This document shows, one piece after another, positions 1 to 9,049 of a stretch of DNA of 31,444 nt. The translations under genes were made by a program, and so were the position numbers. The stretch's first letter is position 1. Each line of letters opens with the position of its first letter. The notes beneath the pieces are model-generated. The model worked only from the letters and a program-made list of their open reading frames with translations, made no database searches and was not told where the DNA came from. This DNA comes from Candidatus Heimdallarchaeota archaeon B3_Heim (GTDB taxonomy: Archaea; Asgardarchaeota; Heimdallarchaeia; Hodarchaeales; Hodarchaeaceae), in contig NJBF01000042.1 in NCBI GenBank assembly GCA_003144275.1, positions 1-31,444 of the forward strand. Reading direction: 5' to 3'.

Positions 1-2
1 TT

Positions 3-113
3 GTTGATTGGCTGGATTATGATCAAAAATTCGGTAGTACACTTTCAGATTTACTTACTGCCCTAACCAAGGTAGTTCCTTCAATGGAGGTTACGCGTTG
101 TAAGAATTATTAA
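3..113 (+). CDS. 3' end of an upstream gene (partial, product unknown)
   Basis: Frame is open from the window edge (VDWLDYDQKFGSTLSDLLTALTKVVPSMEVTRCKNY) to TAA at 111-113, convergent with aor. Confidence 0.5.
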   Translation, partial: VDWLDYDQKFGSTLSDLLTALTKVVPSMEVTRCKNY

Positions 114-120
114 AAAAAAA
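112..120 (-). terminator. Oligo-T tract, candidate archaeal terminator of aor
   Basis: A9 run on + (T9 on -) about 30 nt after the aor stop at 151. Confidence 0.5.
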
Positions 121-150
121 GTGGGAAAGGATGAAGATTAGAAAACTAAT

Positions 151-1929
151 TTAACTTTCAAACACTTTATCTAATTCTTCATCAGTCACTTCAAAAACAA
201 CATTGTGAGGTGGGAGGGGTTCGGTCTTGAAGAATTCGGGTAAGCGATCATCCAATTTGGTGAATCCTGCTTTCTTATTGAATTCTCTTTCCTTTTTCAA
301 GACTTCCATTCCATATGCTACGGCATCTATTGATGTATCTCCTAAAAAGCCATGAATAGATTGAATCATACCTTCAGAACCGGAAGCGATATCAAGAATG
401 GCAAACGCAATAAAGAGACAATACCCTGTTGAATCAATAAATGCGGTAGTAGCTTGAAAAGCTCTTGATAATTCGGCTTTATTGATATCCATTCGATCAG
501 GAGCTCCACCGACCTGAAGAATTTCAGGAGCTATCGTATACCCTTGTGTGTGATCGCCACCTTGTGTACCAGTTGCATAAGTGACACCAATACCTCTAAT
601 CGGACGAGGATCATAGGCAGGTAATGATTGGCCCTTTACATGAGCAACATGAGTTACACCAAAGGCCTGGCCCAAACCTAATGCACCTAAACCGATTAGA
701 TTCCCCATCGGAGAATCTGTGCCTACTTTCTTTAGAAAATCCACAGCACCAGGACCATCACCAAACTTGAGTATTCCAGCTTCCATAGCTACTCCGATTG
801 TATTTCCTGCTTCTATAGTATCAAGCCCTAAATCGTTACAAATCCGATTCAATTCTGAAACATGATAATGACTGTCAATACCACAATTGGTTCCTAAGGC
901 CCAAGCAGTCTCATATTCAAGGGGAGAAACTTGCAGTTCTCCTGTATCTTCATAGGGAACGACATTCGAGCATTTCATGATACAACCTGGATGACAGGCG
1001 TGGGCATACTGTGCAGGGCTATCGGGGAATTTAGCCTTCACCTTGTCCACAAGTTCATGTGTAGCTTCTCCAGATATCTTTGCTGCCCCTTCAAAGCGGC
1101 CTTCGCGCCAATTCCTGGTGGGAAGTGCCCCTGCTTCGTTGATAATATTCTGAAGAACATTCGTTCCAAAATTTTTTAATCCGCCATACGGTTTTCCATC
1201 TTTCTCTAGCACACCAGTAACGGCATGTTCATTGAGGGCTGCAACAAGTTTTTCCCGTCCTTCATCGAACATGTCTTTATTTACTGGAGGTGGACGTTCA
1301 CCATCGGTATCGTCTGTAATAATAGCAATAACTCTTTTTGAACCAATGACTGCACCAAGACCACCGCGACCTGCATATCTTCCAGGGTCATTATTTTCAA
1401 CATTATTACCAAACACACCAGCAGATCGCATTAATTTTTGACCTGCTATTCCACAGCCTATAATACCAGGTTTATTGGGGAATTTACCCCACACTTTACC
1501 AATAAGATCATATAATCCCATACCTGCAAATTCATTGGCTTCAACAATCTCAGCAGATCCTTTTTTTATGACCACATTAAACCATTTTTCTCTCGATATT
1601 GGTTGTCCTTCAAGAACAACCGCTTTGAGTCCTAGCTTAGCTAATTTCTGGGCGGTCAATCCACCTGCATTGGCTTCTTTTATTCCTCCAGTTAATGGAG
1701 ATTTTCCACCCACACTTAATCGCCCCGAACTGGGTGCATTTGTCCCCGTAACTATCCCAGGAGCAATTACTACCTTGTTAAATGATCCTAGGGGTTCACA
1801 AGTAGGAGGAACTTCATCAAAAACAATCGTGGAGGTTAAAGCTCGACCACCGAGTTTTTTATATTTTTCAGGAAATTCTTCATATTTAGTTGTCATGTCT
1901 GACATATTAATTCTTAATATTTGAGGCAT
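151..1929 (-). CDS. aor: Tungsten-containing aldehyde:ferredoxin oxidoreductase (AOR family)
   Basis: KSPLTGG-x3-ANAGG, GRGGLGA, EYET, DLGLDTI, YDPR motifs; [4Fe-4S] ligands CHPGCIMKC plus DSTGYC. Start moved from GTG 1938 to ATG 1929, which has GGTGG 5 nt upstream. Confidence 0.95.
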   Translation of the reverse strand: MPQILRINMSDMTTKYEEFPEKYKKLGGRALTSTIVFDEVPPTCEPLGSFNKVVIAPGIVTGTNAPSSGRLSVGGKSPLTGGIKEANAGGLTAQKLAKLGLKAVVLEGQPISREKWFNVVIKKGSAEIVEANEFAGMGLYDLIGKVWGKFPNKPGIIGCGIAGQKLMRSAGVFGNNVENNDPGRYAGRGGLGAVIGSKRVIAIITDDTDGERPPPVNKDMFDEGREKLVAALNEHAVTGVLEKDGKPYGGLKNFGTNVLQNIINEAGALPTRNWREGRFEGAAKISGEATHELVDKVKAKFPDSPAQYAHACHPGCIMKCSNVVPYEDTGELQVSPLEYETAWALGTNCGIDSHYHVSELNRICNDLGLDTIEAGNTIGVAMEAGILKFGDGPGAVDFLKKVGTDSPMGNLIGLGALGLGQAFGVTHVAHVKGQSLPAYDPRPIRGIGVTYATGTQGGDHTQGYTIAPEILQVGGAPDRMDINKAELSRAFQATTAFIDSTGYCLFIAFAILDIASGSEGMIQSIHGFLGDTSIDAVAYGMEVLKKEREFNKKAGFTKLDDRLPEFFKTEPLPPHNVVFEVTDEELDKVFES

Positions 1930-2012
1930 ACTTACCACCTACGGCTTTATTTAGAAAATTACAAAGAATAATCTCATTTCCAAAGCGTAACATTTCTGTT
2001 CTTTGGAAGTTG

Positions 2013-2049
2013 TTAAGGTTAGAGCGATCATCAACCTTAAACTTTTCGG
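2013..2049 (-). promoter_or_regulatory. BRE/TATA promoter of aor overlapped by an 8-bp inverted repeat
   Basis: Minus strand CCGAAAAG-TTTAAG (2049-2036); perfect IR TTAAGGTT (2013-2020) / AACCTTAA (2033-2040) with a 12-nt spacer. Confidence 0.55.
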
Positions 2050-2155
2050 TCTTTGTGGAAATAAAAATGCTCCAATATGACGTGAATCCCTACTATTCTA
2101 TGGTTAAAGGGCAGATTACAAGTAATGGTGAAGTTGCAAACGAAAAAAGTATTCC

Positions 2156-2404
2156 TCATCCTCCACCTATTGGAGGAAAAATAGCTATCTCATCATTTTC
2201 TTGTAAGAGTTCATTAAGTGATTTAATTGTTGTATGATTTCTCATAATGATCTTTGCTTCTTCGGTAGTAATCTTCAACTGCTCTAATAATTGGTTAAAG
2301 GTTGTATTCGCTGCTATTGTCAGAGGGAAAGACTCACCAATTGCTAACCCTTCAGGGCCCCTATCTCGAAGAGTAGCGAATAATTTTACAGAAATACGTA
2401 CCAA
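2156..2404 (-). CDS. moaD: MoaD/ThiS/SAMP-like ubiquitin-fold sulfur carrier with free C-terminal GG
   Basis: ISVKLFATLR N-terminal strand and C-terminal DEIAIFPPIGGG. Likely start TTG 2404, with GGTGA (2413-2409) 4 nt upstream containing the stop of the previous gene; the ORF track starts at 2437. Confidence 0.9.
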   Translation of the reverse strand: MVRISVKLFATLRDRGPEGLAIGESFPLTIAANTTFNQLLEQLKITTEEAKIIMRNHTTIKSLNELLQENDEIAIFPPIGGG

Positions 2405-2408
2405 ATAC

Positions 2409-2747
2409 TCACCTGTTTGATAAGTGAAAATAGTCATAATCTTTTGGAGCAGATCGAGTTATGAAACCATGACCTTTCAAATGTTGTCCACCGCATAGAA
2501 GGTACATTCCTTCTGAAAAGATTGCTACACGCGAGTGTTCTTTAATTACTGGATTTTGATCTCTTTTAACTACTTTTCCATCAATAAAACAATCTCCACA
2601 TTCCTCCTGAGAGAGTTTAAGATCCTCAAACAATTCTTGAAGAAGTAAACCATCTCGATGCTTCAATTTAATTATCAAATCGTCTCCAAGTGAAGCATTT
2701 GGATCAAATTTCTTTTTTAAAAAACCATAGATATGAACATCAATCAT
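2409..2747 (-). CDS. Beta-grasp (MoaD-like) protein with internal CGG and a 25-aa C-terminal extension
   Basis: IDVHIYGFLKKKF strand/helix, GDCFIDG, SRVAIFSEGMYLLCGG then QHLKGHGF...; clear paralog of 2782-3075. Confidence 0.7.
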   Translation of the reverse strand: MIDVHIYGFLKKKFDPNASLGDDLIIKLKHRDGLLLQELFEDLKLSQEECGDCFIDGKVVKRDQNPVIKEHSRVAIFSEGMYLLCGGQHLKGHGFITRSAPKDYDYFHLSNR

Positions 2748-2781
2748 AACTTGTCAATCCAAATTTTTAATGGTCATTTGA

Positions 2782-3075
2782 TTAATCCTTCCATTTCTTA
2801 AGATATAATCCTCCATCAATCAATAACATTCCTTGAGAAAAGACCGCTACTCTAGCATCTTTAGGGATAATATCATTATAATTCTTAACAATCGTATGAT
2901 TAACAAAACATTCTCCAAAATTCGATTTTGATAAATTTAATCTTATTAAAAGCTGTTTAACCGTTTCATTGATTAAGAATGGCATTTTTACAATTGTCTC
3001 CTCGGACAAACTCGCTACAGGATCGAACTGTTTTTTCAATGGACCAAATACATGGATATCCAGTATTCCAGTCAT
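2782..3075 (-). CDS. Beta-grasp (MoaD-like) protein with internal DGG and an 8-aa C-terminal extension
   Basis: LDIHVFGPLKKQFDP, GECFVNH, ARVAVFSQGMLLIDGG then LYLKKWKD; paralog of 2409-2747. Confidence 0.7.
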   Translation of the reverse strand: MTGILDIHVFGPLKKQFDPVASLSEETIVKMPFLINETVKQLLIRLNLSKSNFGECFVNHTIVKNYNDIIPKDARVAVFSQGMLLIDGGLYLKKWKD

Positions 3076-3275
3076 AGTTAATCACTTTCCATGGTTTTTA
3101 TGGATTGGGCTGAGTAAACCTAGAAATTAATTCACATTCTCGAATTAATATCTCTTCTTATAAGAATTAGTATGAAAAAATTTGAATGTTTGTGCCACAA
3201 AGTATTTGCTATAGGAAAACACCATCACACTTTTTAAGACGATGGAGAGTTATTACTTCTATTTGGTGATATTAC

Positions 3276-5321
3276 ATGGTCCTCGATTCAGTTAATCTTG
3301 TGAAACATAGAACTTATTGTTTTGTTATCCTCGTTTTAATTTCTCTGATTTTCGTAAATACAAACATTGAAAGTGATAAAACTTGGAATCGGAATTTGCG
3401 GTTTTCTCCCTATGAGAATGATATGGGATTATCTGTCTTCGAAGCCCACTCACGGTATAAAGTCCAAAGGACCAATTACATGGATCATGATCCAATAACT
3501 ATCATGGGGAACCTTGACTTTCTTGCACAAGCAACCTCGGAAGGGTGGCCTGGAGTAGGAAGTAAAGCAAATCCAATTATTATCAAGAATTTAGAAATAA
3601 TAAGTTCAGGAGGCTTTGAGACTGCAATATCGATTTGGGATACAAACTTGTTTTTTCAGCTTACTAATTGCATTTTAACTGAAGCATTTGAGATAATAAG
3701 TCTTCATAATGTTGAAAATGCAAATATTTCCCATAATGTGGTAAGAAATACTAATGGAGGGAATGTCCCTGAGCGTACTGGAATTGTATTATTTGGGGGA
3801 TCTTCTAATACTATTTTAAATAACACTGTGGATAATTGTGAGTGGGCAATAAGAGTTGAAGTTAATAGCAAGGATAATTTCATTTCTAATAATACGCTAT
3901 ATGACTGTAATTCAGGAATTTCATTGGATAGTTCCCATAATGTGACTATATCAAGAAATGTTGTTTATAATAATGGTCCTGATGGTGGGATAAATCTTAG
4001 GGGATCTACTAATTCCGTTATCAGTGATAATCAAATATATGATAATGAGGGGGATGGTTTAATTCTCTTTGGTTCTAGATCCAACCTAATACACAACAAT
4101 ACTGTTACAAATAATTCTGGCGCGATAGCGCTTGTTGAAACTTCCAATGATAATGAGGTTTCTGAAAATCTTCTGACTGGGAATGTAGGAGGACTTCAGG
4201 TTTGGGGGTCAGATAGAAACCTTCTCACCCATAATGAAATCGGTAATGGTTATCAAGATGGGCTCGTCCTATCATCGTCGACTTTCAATATAGTCTCCCA
4301 TAATTCTATTTACAATAATTTCGAAGGAATTGGCATTGTTGAAGGGTCGTCTAATAATCTAATTTACAATAATACTATATTTAATAATCCTGCTGTTGGG
4401 ATTTATTTGTCTCAGTCTAGTAATAAAAATAATATAACTGGAAATTATGTTTACAATAATAATAATGGGTTACGACTTCATACATCATGTAACAATTCAA
4501 TAGTTAATAATATTATCAACCACAACATCGGAAATGGGATTCTCCTTTTAAGCTCATCTGATAACAATATTATTTCTTACAATGAAATTTTAAACAACAC
4601 TCAGTATGGTATTCAATTAGAGGAAGCTAACTTCAACCTCATAAGCAATAATTACTTTATTGAGAATGGGATTGATAACTCTGAAGGTAGTTCGCAGGCT
4701 TCAATCATACTACCGTCTGAATACAATATATTCGCTTTTAATTTTTGGGATGATTGGCTAAGTTCTGATATTAATGGTGATGGATTCGCAGATAGTCCTT
4801 ATAAGATAGATGGTGGATTCCAAGATGATTTTCCACTAATTTCACAAGATATATCCTCTGTTGCAGATATTATTACCGATATGATGTTCATCTTTCCTTT
4901 GGGTGGAGAGACCGTACACGGCTTAGTGAAAATCCAATGGTTACCCTCGCTCGATGTATTTGGGCATACAGTCATGTATAGTCTTTATTATTCTGTTAAT
5001 AATGGAGAAAATTGGATATTAATCATAGCAAATATAGAAACAGTGTATTGGTTTTGGGATACTACTGCTGCTCCTGAAGATTCTTCCTGTATACTAAAAA
5101 TTTTTGCGATATGTTCAGAAGGGGTAGAGAAAGAATTGATAATAGGTGAACCGATTCTAATCGACAACCATGGCCCTCCTCCAAATTTATCAATACTAAT
5201 TGTCATAATCGCCATTGTTTTGGTTATCCCAGAATTATACATAGGAAGGAGATTTAGTAAATTTCTAACAAAATTACAAATGGAGCCAGCAAGAAATTCA
5301 GAAGGAGTCGAAAACCCATGA
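3276..5321 (+). CDS. Membrane-anchored surface protein with NosD/CASH-like parallel beta-helix repeats
   Basis: N-terminal hydrophobic segment, HDPI-x-I-x-GN..GWPG-x-GS lead-in, over a dozen ~22-aa Asn-rich repeats (N-x-I-x-x-N-x-I-x-x-N), NFWDDW..DINGDG motif, beta-rich domain, C-terminal TM and short tail. GGTGA 6 nt before the ATG. Confidence 0.85.
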   Translation: MVLDSVNLVKHRTYCFVILVLISLIFVNTNIESDKTWNRNLRFSPYENDMGLSVFEAHSRYKVQRTNYMDHDPITIMGNLDFLAQATSEGWPGVGSKANPIIIKNLEIISSGGFETAISIWDTNLFFQLTNCILTEAFEIISLHNVENANISHNVVRNTNGGNVPERTGIVLFGGSSNTILNNTVDNCEWAIRVEVNSKDNFISNNTLYDCNSGISLDSSHNVTISRNVVYNNGPDGGINLRGSTNSVISDNQIYDNEGDGLILFGSRSNLIHNNTVTNNSGAIALVETSNDNEVSENLLTGNVGGLQVWGSDRNLLTHNEIGNGYQDGLVLSSSTFNIVSHNSIYNNFEGIGIVEGSSNNLIYNNTIFNNPAVGIYLSQSSNKNNITGNYVYNNNNGLRLHTSCNNSIVNNIINHNIGNGILLLSSSDNNIISYNEILNNTQYGIQLEEANFNLISNNYFIENGIDNSEGSSQASIILPSEYNIFAFNFWDDWLSSDINGDGFADSPYKIDGGFQDDFPLISQDISSVADIITDMMFIFPLGGETVHGLVKIQWLPSLDVFGHTVMYSLYYSVNNGENWILIIANIETVYWFWDTTAAPEDSSCILKIFAICSEGVEKELIIGEPILIDNHGPPPNLSILIVIIAIVLVIPELYIGRRFSKFLTKLQMEPARNSEGVENP

Positions 5322-8300
5322 TTGAATCAGAAAGTAGTTTAATTGATAGCATCTCAATTAATGAATTCTCCCCACCAGATGTGAAGAATTGGGAAATCCA
5401 GATTCGTGTATTGGTTCGGATAGCCTCGATATCATTTTTTATTCTATTCATCCTAAAGATATTCGAAGCAAATTTACCAATATTTGCAGAGATATCAGTC
5501 GGAGTAGTTGTTTTTATATTAGGAATTTTCATAATAGGCTTAGTAGTAGGGTTCTTCCAATTACGATACATAAATGTCAGGCGGAATAAATTAACTAATT
5601 TTGGTGGATTAATCGGATTTGCAGGATTGTTCCTGACTGGAATTCCATGTAGTTGTGAATTAGTAGTAAAAGGTTTTTTTTCTTCGTCTCTTCTAGACAT
5701 TTTATTAGTTTCTGGCCTTTTTCTTACCTTTCTTGGTTTTTTTGCTGAAGTCACACAGCTAGACCAAATTTTTATTTATTTTATCCGAATTAGCTATCGG
5801 TTAATTATCCAATACACCTTATCAGGAATCGGAGCTTTCCTAGTAAATTTTGGGATGTTGTTTATCTATGTATGGCCCCGAGATTTAGTAGGTATTTGGG
5901 CAGTTTTAATAGGCCTGTTAATACTTTGGGGAACATGGTTTAATCAAATCAACCAATTAATATGGCAAAACAAAGTACACATTATGAGAACGAGCGAATT
6001 GTCCATCAGTGGAATTTTCCTCCTCTATATGTTATTTTCTCCCATTTTCTCCGTACTCGTATCCGATCCAGATATCAATATTGAAACTCTCTTTGTATCG
6101 GTTGTTTCAGGTATCATCTGTCTATCTATACTATACTTAGATCTTTACTTCTTTAGAGTACCAGACAATTATCAGAAAATGAGTGACAGATTTTTCCAAC
6201 GATTTTTATTCCTTTTCTGGATCAGTGCTGTCTCCTTGATATTAATTGGATCATTATATCCTCAATCTTTTTTACAAGCTTTAAGGGATTTAAGCAGTAT
6301 TTTTCGTATATCTTATCTAGGGGTTGGATTATTAGTTATCTATCGTGTTTGGTTTAAAGGAATCAATCAATTCCTAGTTAATACAGCTCGTACGTTTATA
6401 ACTGTGACTAAATACCTATGGAGTATCCGTATGGGTATCGTACGAGGTAGTATGACAGTTTCAGGCGTGGTACTAATAGTTCTTCCCCTGACCAGTCAAA
6501 TGCATTTTCTTGATCTTCCTATTCGGTATTTTCTAATCATTGTGGGAATAGGGATACTATACCTAGCTTGGCTCTCTCAAGTTAATGAAGCGATCATTCA
6601 CACTGTTCGTACAACTAAAAGGACACTAGTCGCCTTTGGACACTTTGTTTGGGATACGGGAGTGGCAATTAAACAAGCATTCATATCCTTCTTTCAGTAT
6701 CTGTGGTTTATTCGTATTAATCTTCTTAGGGGAACTATGACGCTATCTGGAGGCCTTCTTTCGGTATATGCGTTTGCATCTCCCTCCCTTGGCTCATTAC
6801 TCCAGCCTGTTCTCTTCATTCTTGGTTTAATAATCCTTTACACTGCATGGTTCGTTCAAGTCAATGATTTTCTCAAACGAGTTGCTTCTGCGATTTTTGC
6901 AGGATTGGTCTCATTTGGACACCGTATCTGGGATACAGGAGTTGCTATCAAAGAAGCCATTCTTTCATTTGCCCAATATCTGTGGTTAATTCGAATGAAA
7001 CTTCTTAGGGGAACCATGACGTTAACTGGAGGCTTTCTTACGGTATACGCATTTTTGTCTCCGTCTCTTGGCTCATTACTCCAGCCAGTTCTCTTCATTC
7101 TTGGTTTAATAATCCTTTACGCTGCGTGGTTCGTTCAGTTTAATGATTATCTTAGACGAACCGTTTCTGCTTTATATAAAGGATTAGTCTCACTTGGACA
7201 CCGTATCTGGGAAATAGGGGTTACTATCAAAGAAGCCATTGTTTCATTTGCCCAATATCTTTGGTTGATTCGCATAGAGGTCTTTCGCGCAGGAATGACT
7301 ATTGGTGGTCCGTTTGTGATGATGTTTTCCTTTTTTACCCCTTCTCTTGGACTGATTCTTCAAGGAGTCCTTTTTGTAAGTGGTTTAGCCATTTTCTACC
7401 TTGCTTGGTTTAGCCAGATCAATATGATTTTCATTCGAATGCTTCGTTCTTTCTATGACAGATTAAAAATGTTTAGTCACTTTGTTTGGGATTTAGGTAT
7501 CGCTCTGAAAGAAAGGGTTATTGCCCTGGCCCAATATATTTGGTTAATGCGAGTAGTAATTCTTCGAGTTATTCTAACTATTATTGGTCCAATCTTTATG
7601 CTATATGGACTGTTGACTCCATCCCTTGGTCTGTTTTTACAAGGATGTCTATTTATTGGAGGTTTGGCTTTATTTTACATCGCTTGGTTTAATCCAATCA
7701 ATTCATGGGTTATCAATTTGGCTCAATCACTCCGTGACGGCTTAATAAGGATTGGACATCTTATTAGGAAGACTGGGGTTTCGATTAAACATGCTCTCGT
7801 GAGTTTCTCAATATACCTTTGGAGTGTTCGAATGGGAGTGTCGAGGGGATTATTGACAATATTAGGAACTTTCTCATTGTCTTATCTCATTTTCACTCCC
7901 TCTCTTGAGTTCATCTACCAAATTTTGTTTTTATTCCTAGGAATTAGTCTTCTTTACCTGGCTTGGTTTGCTCAGGTAAATGCGTTTATCATTCAGACTG
8001 GTCGTATGTTCAAAAATGCACTTGTTTCGCTTGGAACCTTTATCTGGGATACTGGAGTTGCAATTAAACAAGCATTCATATCCTTCTTTCAGTATCTGTG
8101 GTTTATTCGTATCAATCTTCTTAGGGGGATTATGACACTATCTGGAGTTTTTCTTTCGATTTATGCGTTTGCATCTCCCTCCCTTGGTTCATTACTCCAG
8201 CCTGTTCTCTTCATTCTTGGTCTAATATTCCTTTACGCTGCGTGGTTCGTTCAAGTTAATGATTTCATAATTCAAACTGCTCGTGCTATAAAGGCCTCAT

Positions 8301-9049
8301 TTGTTTCAATTGGAATGTTTCTTTTGAGAACTGTACGCGCTATAAAACAGGGGATAATCGATTTCTCATACTATCTTTGGAGTTTAAGAATTAAGATTTT
8401 ACGCTTGGGGATGACAATATCGGGTGTAATTCTGGATTTTCTAGGGCTATCGATAATCTTAAATGATTTAGGATTGTCCGTATTATTAATTGTTTTGGGT
8501 ACCTCACTCCTTATTATTGCCTGGACGAAACAGATAATTAATATATTAGAATTAGCGGGCCAAGCATTAATTAATGCATTCAAAGCACTCTTAGATTTTG
8601 GTTCTCGCATTGTGGAACAAACACTAAAGTTAATAGGGACACTTCTTGATTCTATAATTTACATTGCTATTGTAACATTAGGAGTTACAGCTTTTGGATA
8701 TGGAGTGATATTGTTAGTATCTGGATTCCTAGGTGATCAAGGTGATTGGACAAAGACTGTAATCTCTCCGATACCTATATTTGGAGACATTTTATGGATC
8801 TTTGCTGCTATTCTACAAGGAAAAAGTGTCAACGATGTTGATAACCTTGTAGGAATTTTTGCAAACGATCCAACTTTCGTATTGTTGTTGTTAGGGCTAA
8901 TCTTTATTATCGTAGGCGCATTTATCCCTTTTATAACGTTCTTTTCAAGAGATTCCATCAAAATCTCGAATCTACAGAAAAGATTTGGTAGTTCGACAAC
9001 CGATAAAGAAGAAATGTTCTATGAAGGAAAAAAAGGTGGTAAAAAATGA
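5318..9049 (+). CDS. 1243-aa polytopic membrane protein with tandem 93-aa repeats, function unknown
   Basis: Long ORF, ATGA overlap with both neighbours, highly hydrophobic, seven full repeat registers at exact 279-bp spacing. Confidence 0.85.
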   Translation: MIESESSLIDSISINEFSPPDVKNWEIQIRVLVRIASISFFILFILKIFEANLPIFAEISVGVVVFILGIFIIGLVVGFFQLRYINVRRNKLTNFGGLIGFAGLFLTGIPCSCELVVKGFFSSSLLDILLVSGLFLTFLGFFAEVTQLDQIFIYFIRISYRLIIQYTLSGIGAFLVNFGMLFIYVWPRDLVGIWAVLIGLLILWGTWFNQINQLIWQNKVHIMRTSELSISGIFLLYMLFSPIFSVLVSDPDINIETLFVSVVSGIICLSILYLDLYFFRVPDNYQKMSDRFFQRFLFLFWISAVSLILIGSLYPQSFLQALRDLSSIFRISYLGVGLLVIYRVWFKGINQFLVNTARTFITVTKYLWSIRMGIVRGSMTVSGVVLIVLPLTSQMHFLDLPIRYFLIIVGIGILYLAWLSQVNEAIIHTVRTTKRTLVAFGHFVWDTGVAIKQAFISFFQYLWFIRINLLRGTMTLSGGLLSVYAFASPSLGSLLQPVLFILGLIILYTAWFVQVNDFLKRVASAIFAGLVSFGHRIWDTGVAIKEAILSFAQYLWLIRMKLLRGTMTLTGGFLTVYAFLSPSLGSLLQPVLFILGLIILYAAWFVQFNDYLRRTVSALYKGLVSLGHRIWEIGVTIKEAIVSFAQYLWLIRIEVFRAGMTIGGPFVMMFSFFTPSLGLILQGVLFVSGLAIFYLAWFSQINMIFIRMLRSFYDRLKMFSHFVWDLGIALKERVIALAQYIWLMRVVILRVILTIIGPIFMLYGLLTPSLGLFLQGCLFIGGLALFYIAWFNPINSWVINLAQSLRDGLIRIGHLIRKTGVSIKHALVSFSIYLWSVRMGVSRGLLTILGTFSLSYLIFTPSLEFIYQILFLFLGISLLYLAWFAQVNAFIIQTGRMFKNALVSLGTFIWDTGVAIKQAFISFFQYLWFIRINLLRGIMTLSGVFLSIYAFASPSLGSLLQPVLFILGLIFLYAAWFVQVNDFIIQTARAIKASFVSIGMFLLRTVRAIKQGIIDFSYYLWSLRIKILRLGMTISGVILDFLGLSIILNDLGLSVLLIVLGTSLLIIAWTKQIINILELAGQALINAFKALLDFGSRIVEQTLKLIGTLLDSIIYIAIVTLGVTAFGYGVILLVSGFLGDQGDWTKTVISPIPIFGDILWIFAAILQGKSVNDVDNLVGIFANDPTFVLLLLGLIFIIVGAFIPFITFFSRDSIKISNLQKRFGSSTTDKEEMFYEGKKGGKK
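6350..8540 (+). repeat. Intragenic tandem repeat, 279-bp/93-aa period, with an internal 54-bp/18-aa sub-repeat
   Basis: Equivalent codons at 6650, 6929, 7208, 7487, 7766, 8045, 8324; the [AT]W[FL]xQ[VI]N motif recurs; a shortened unit starts near 6350. Confidence 0.95.

Noticed and set aside
965-1000. AOR cluster motif C-x3-C-x3-C instead of C-x2-C-x3-C
   Set aside because: I recall CHPGC-type motifs in other AOR-family members, so it is probably an ordinary subfamily variant.
931-1924. Antisense ORFs inside aor (931-1179, 1232-1441, 1475-1924), and similar short shadow ORFs inside other long genes
   Set aside because: They lie within well-supported genes, lack motifs or RBSs, and are expected codon-bias shadows.
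2431-2439. 9-nt match (TAGTCATAA) to the start of the predicted omega-RNA guide near the moaD-like genes
   Set aside because: A 9-nt AT-rich match is expected by chance in 63 kb of both strands; pairing stops after 9 nt.
3155-3166. Perfect 12-bp palindrome TTCTTATAAGAA between divergent genes
   Set aside because: AT-only core; could be a bidirectional TATA, but one short palindrome is not enough to call a site.
3600-4700. Asn-rich periodic sequence that looks like a DNA repeat array
   Set aside because: Fully explained by beta-helix coding repeats; no CRISPR-like identical repeats.
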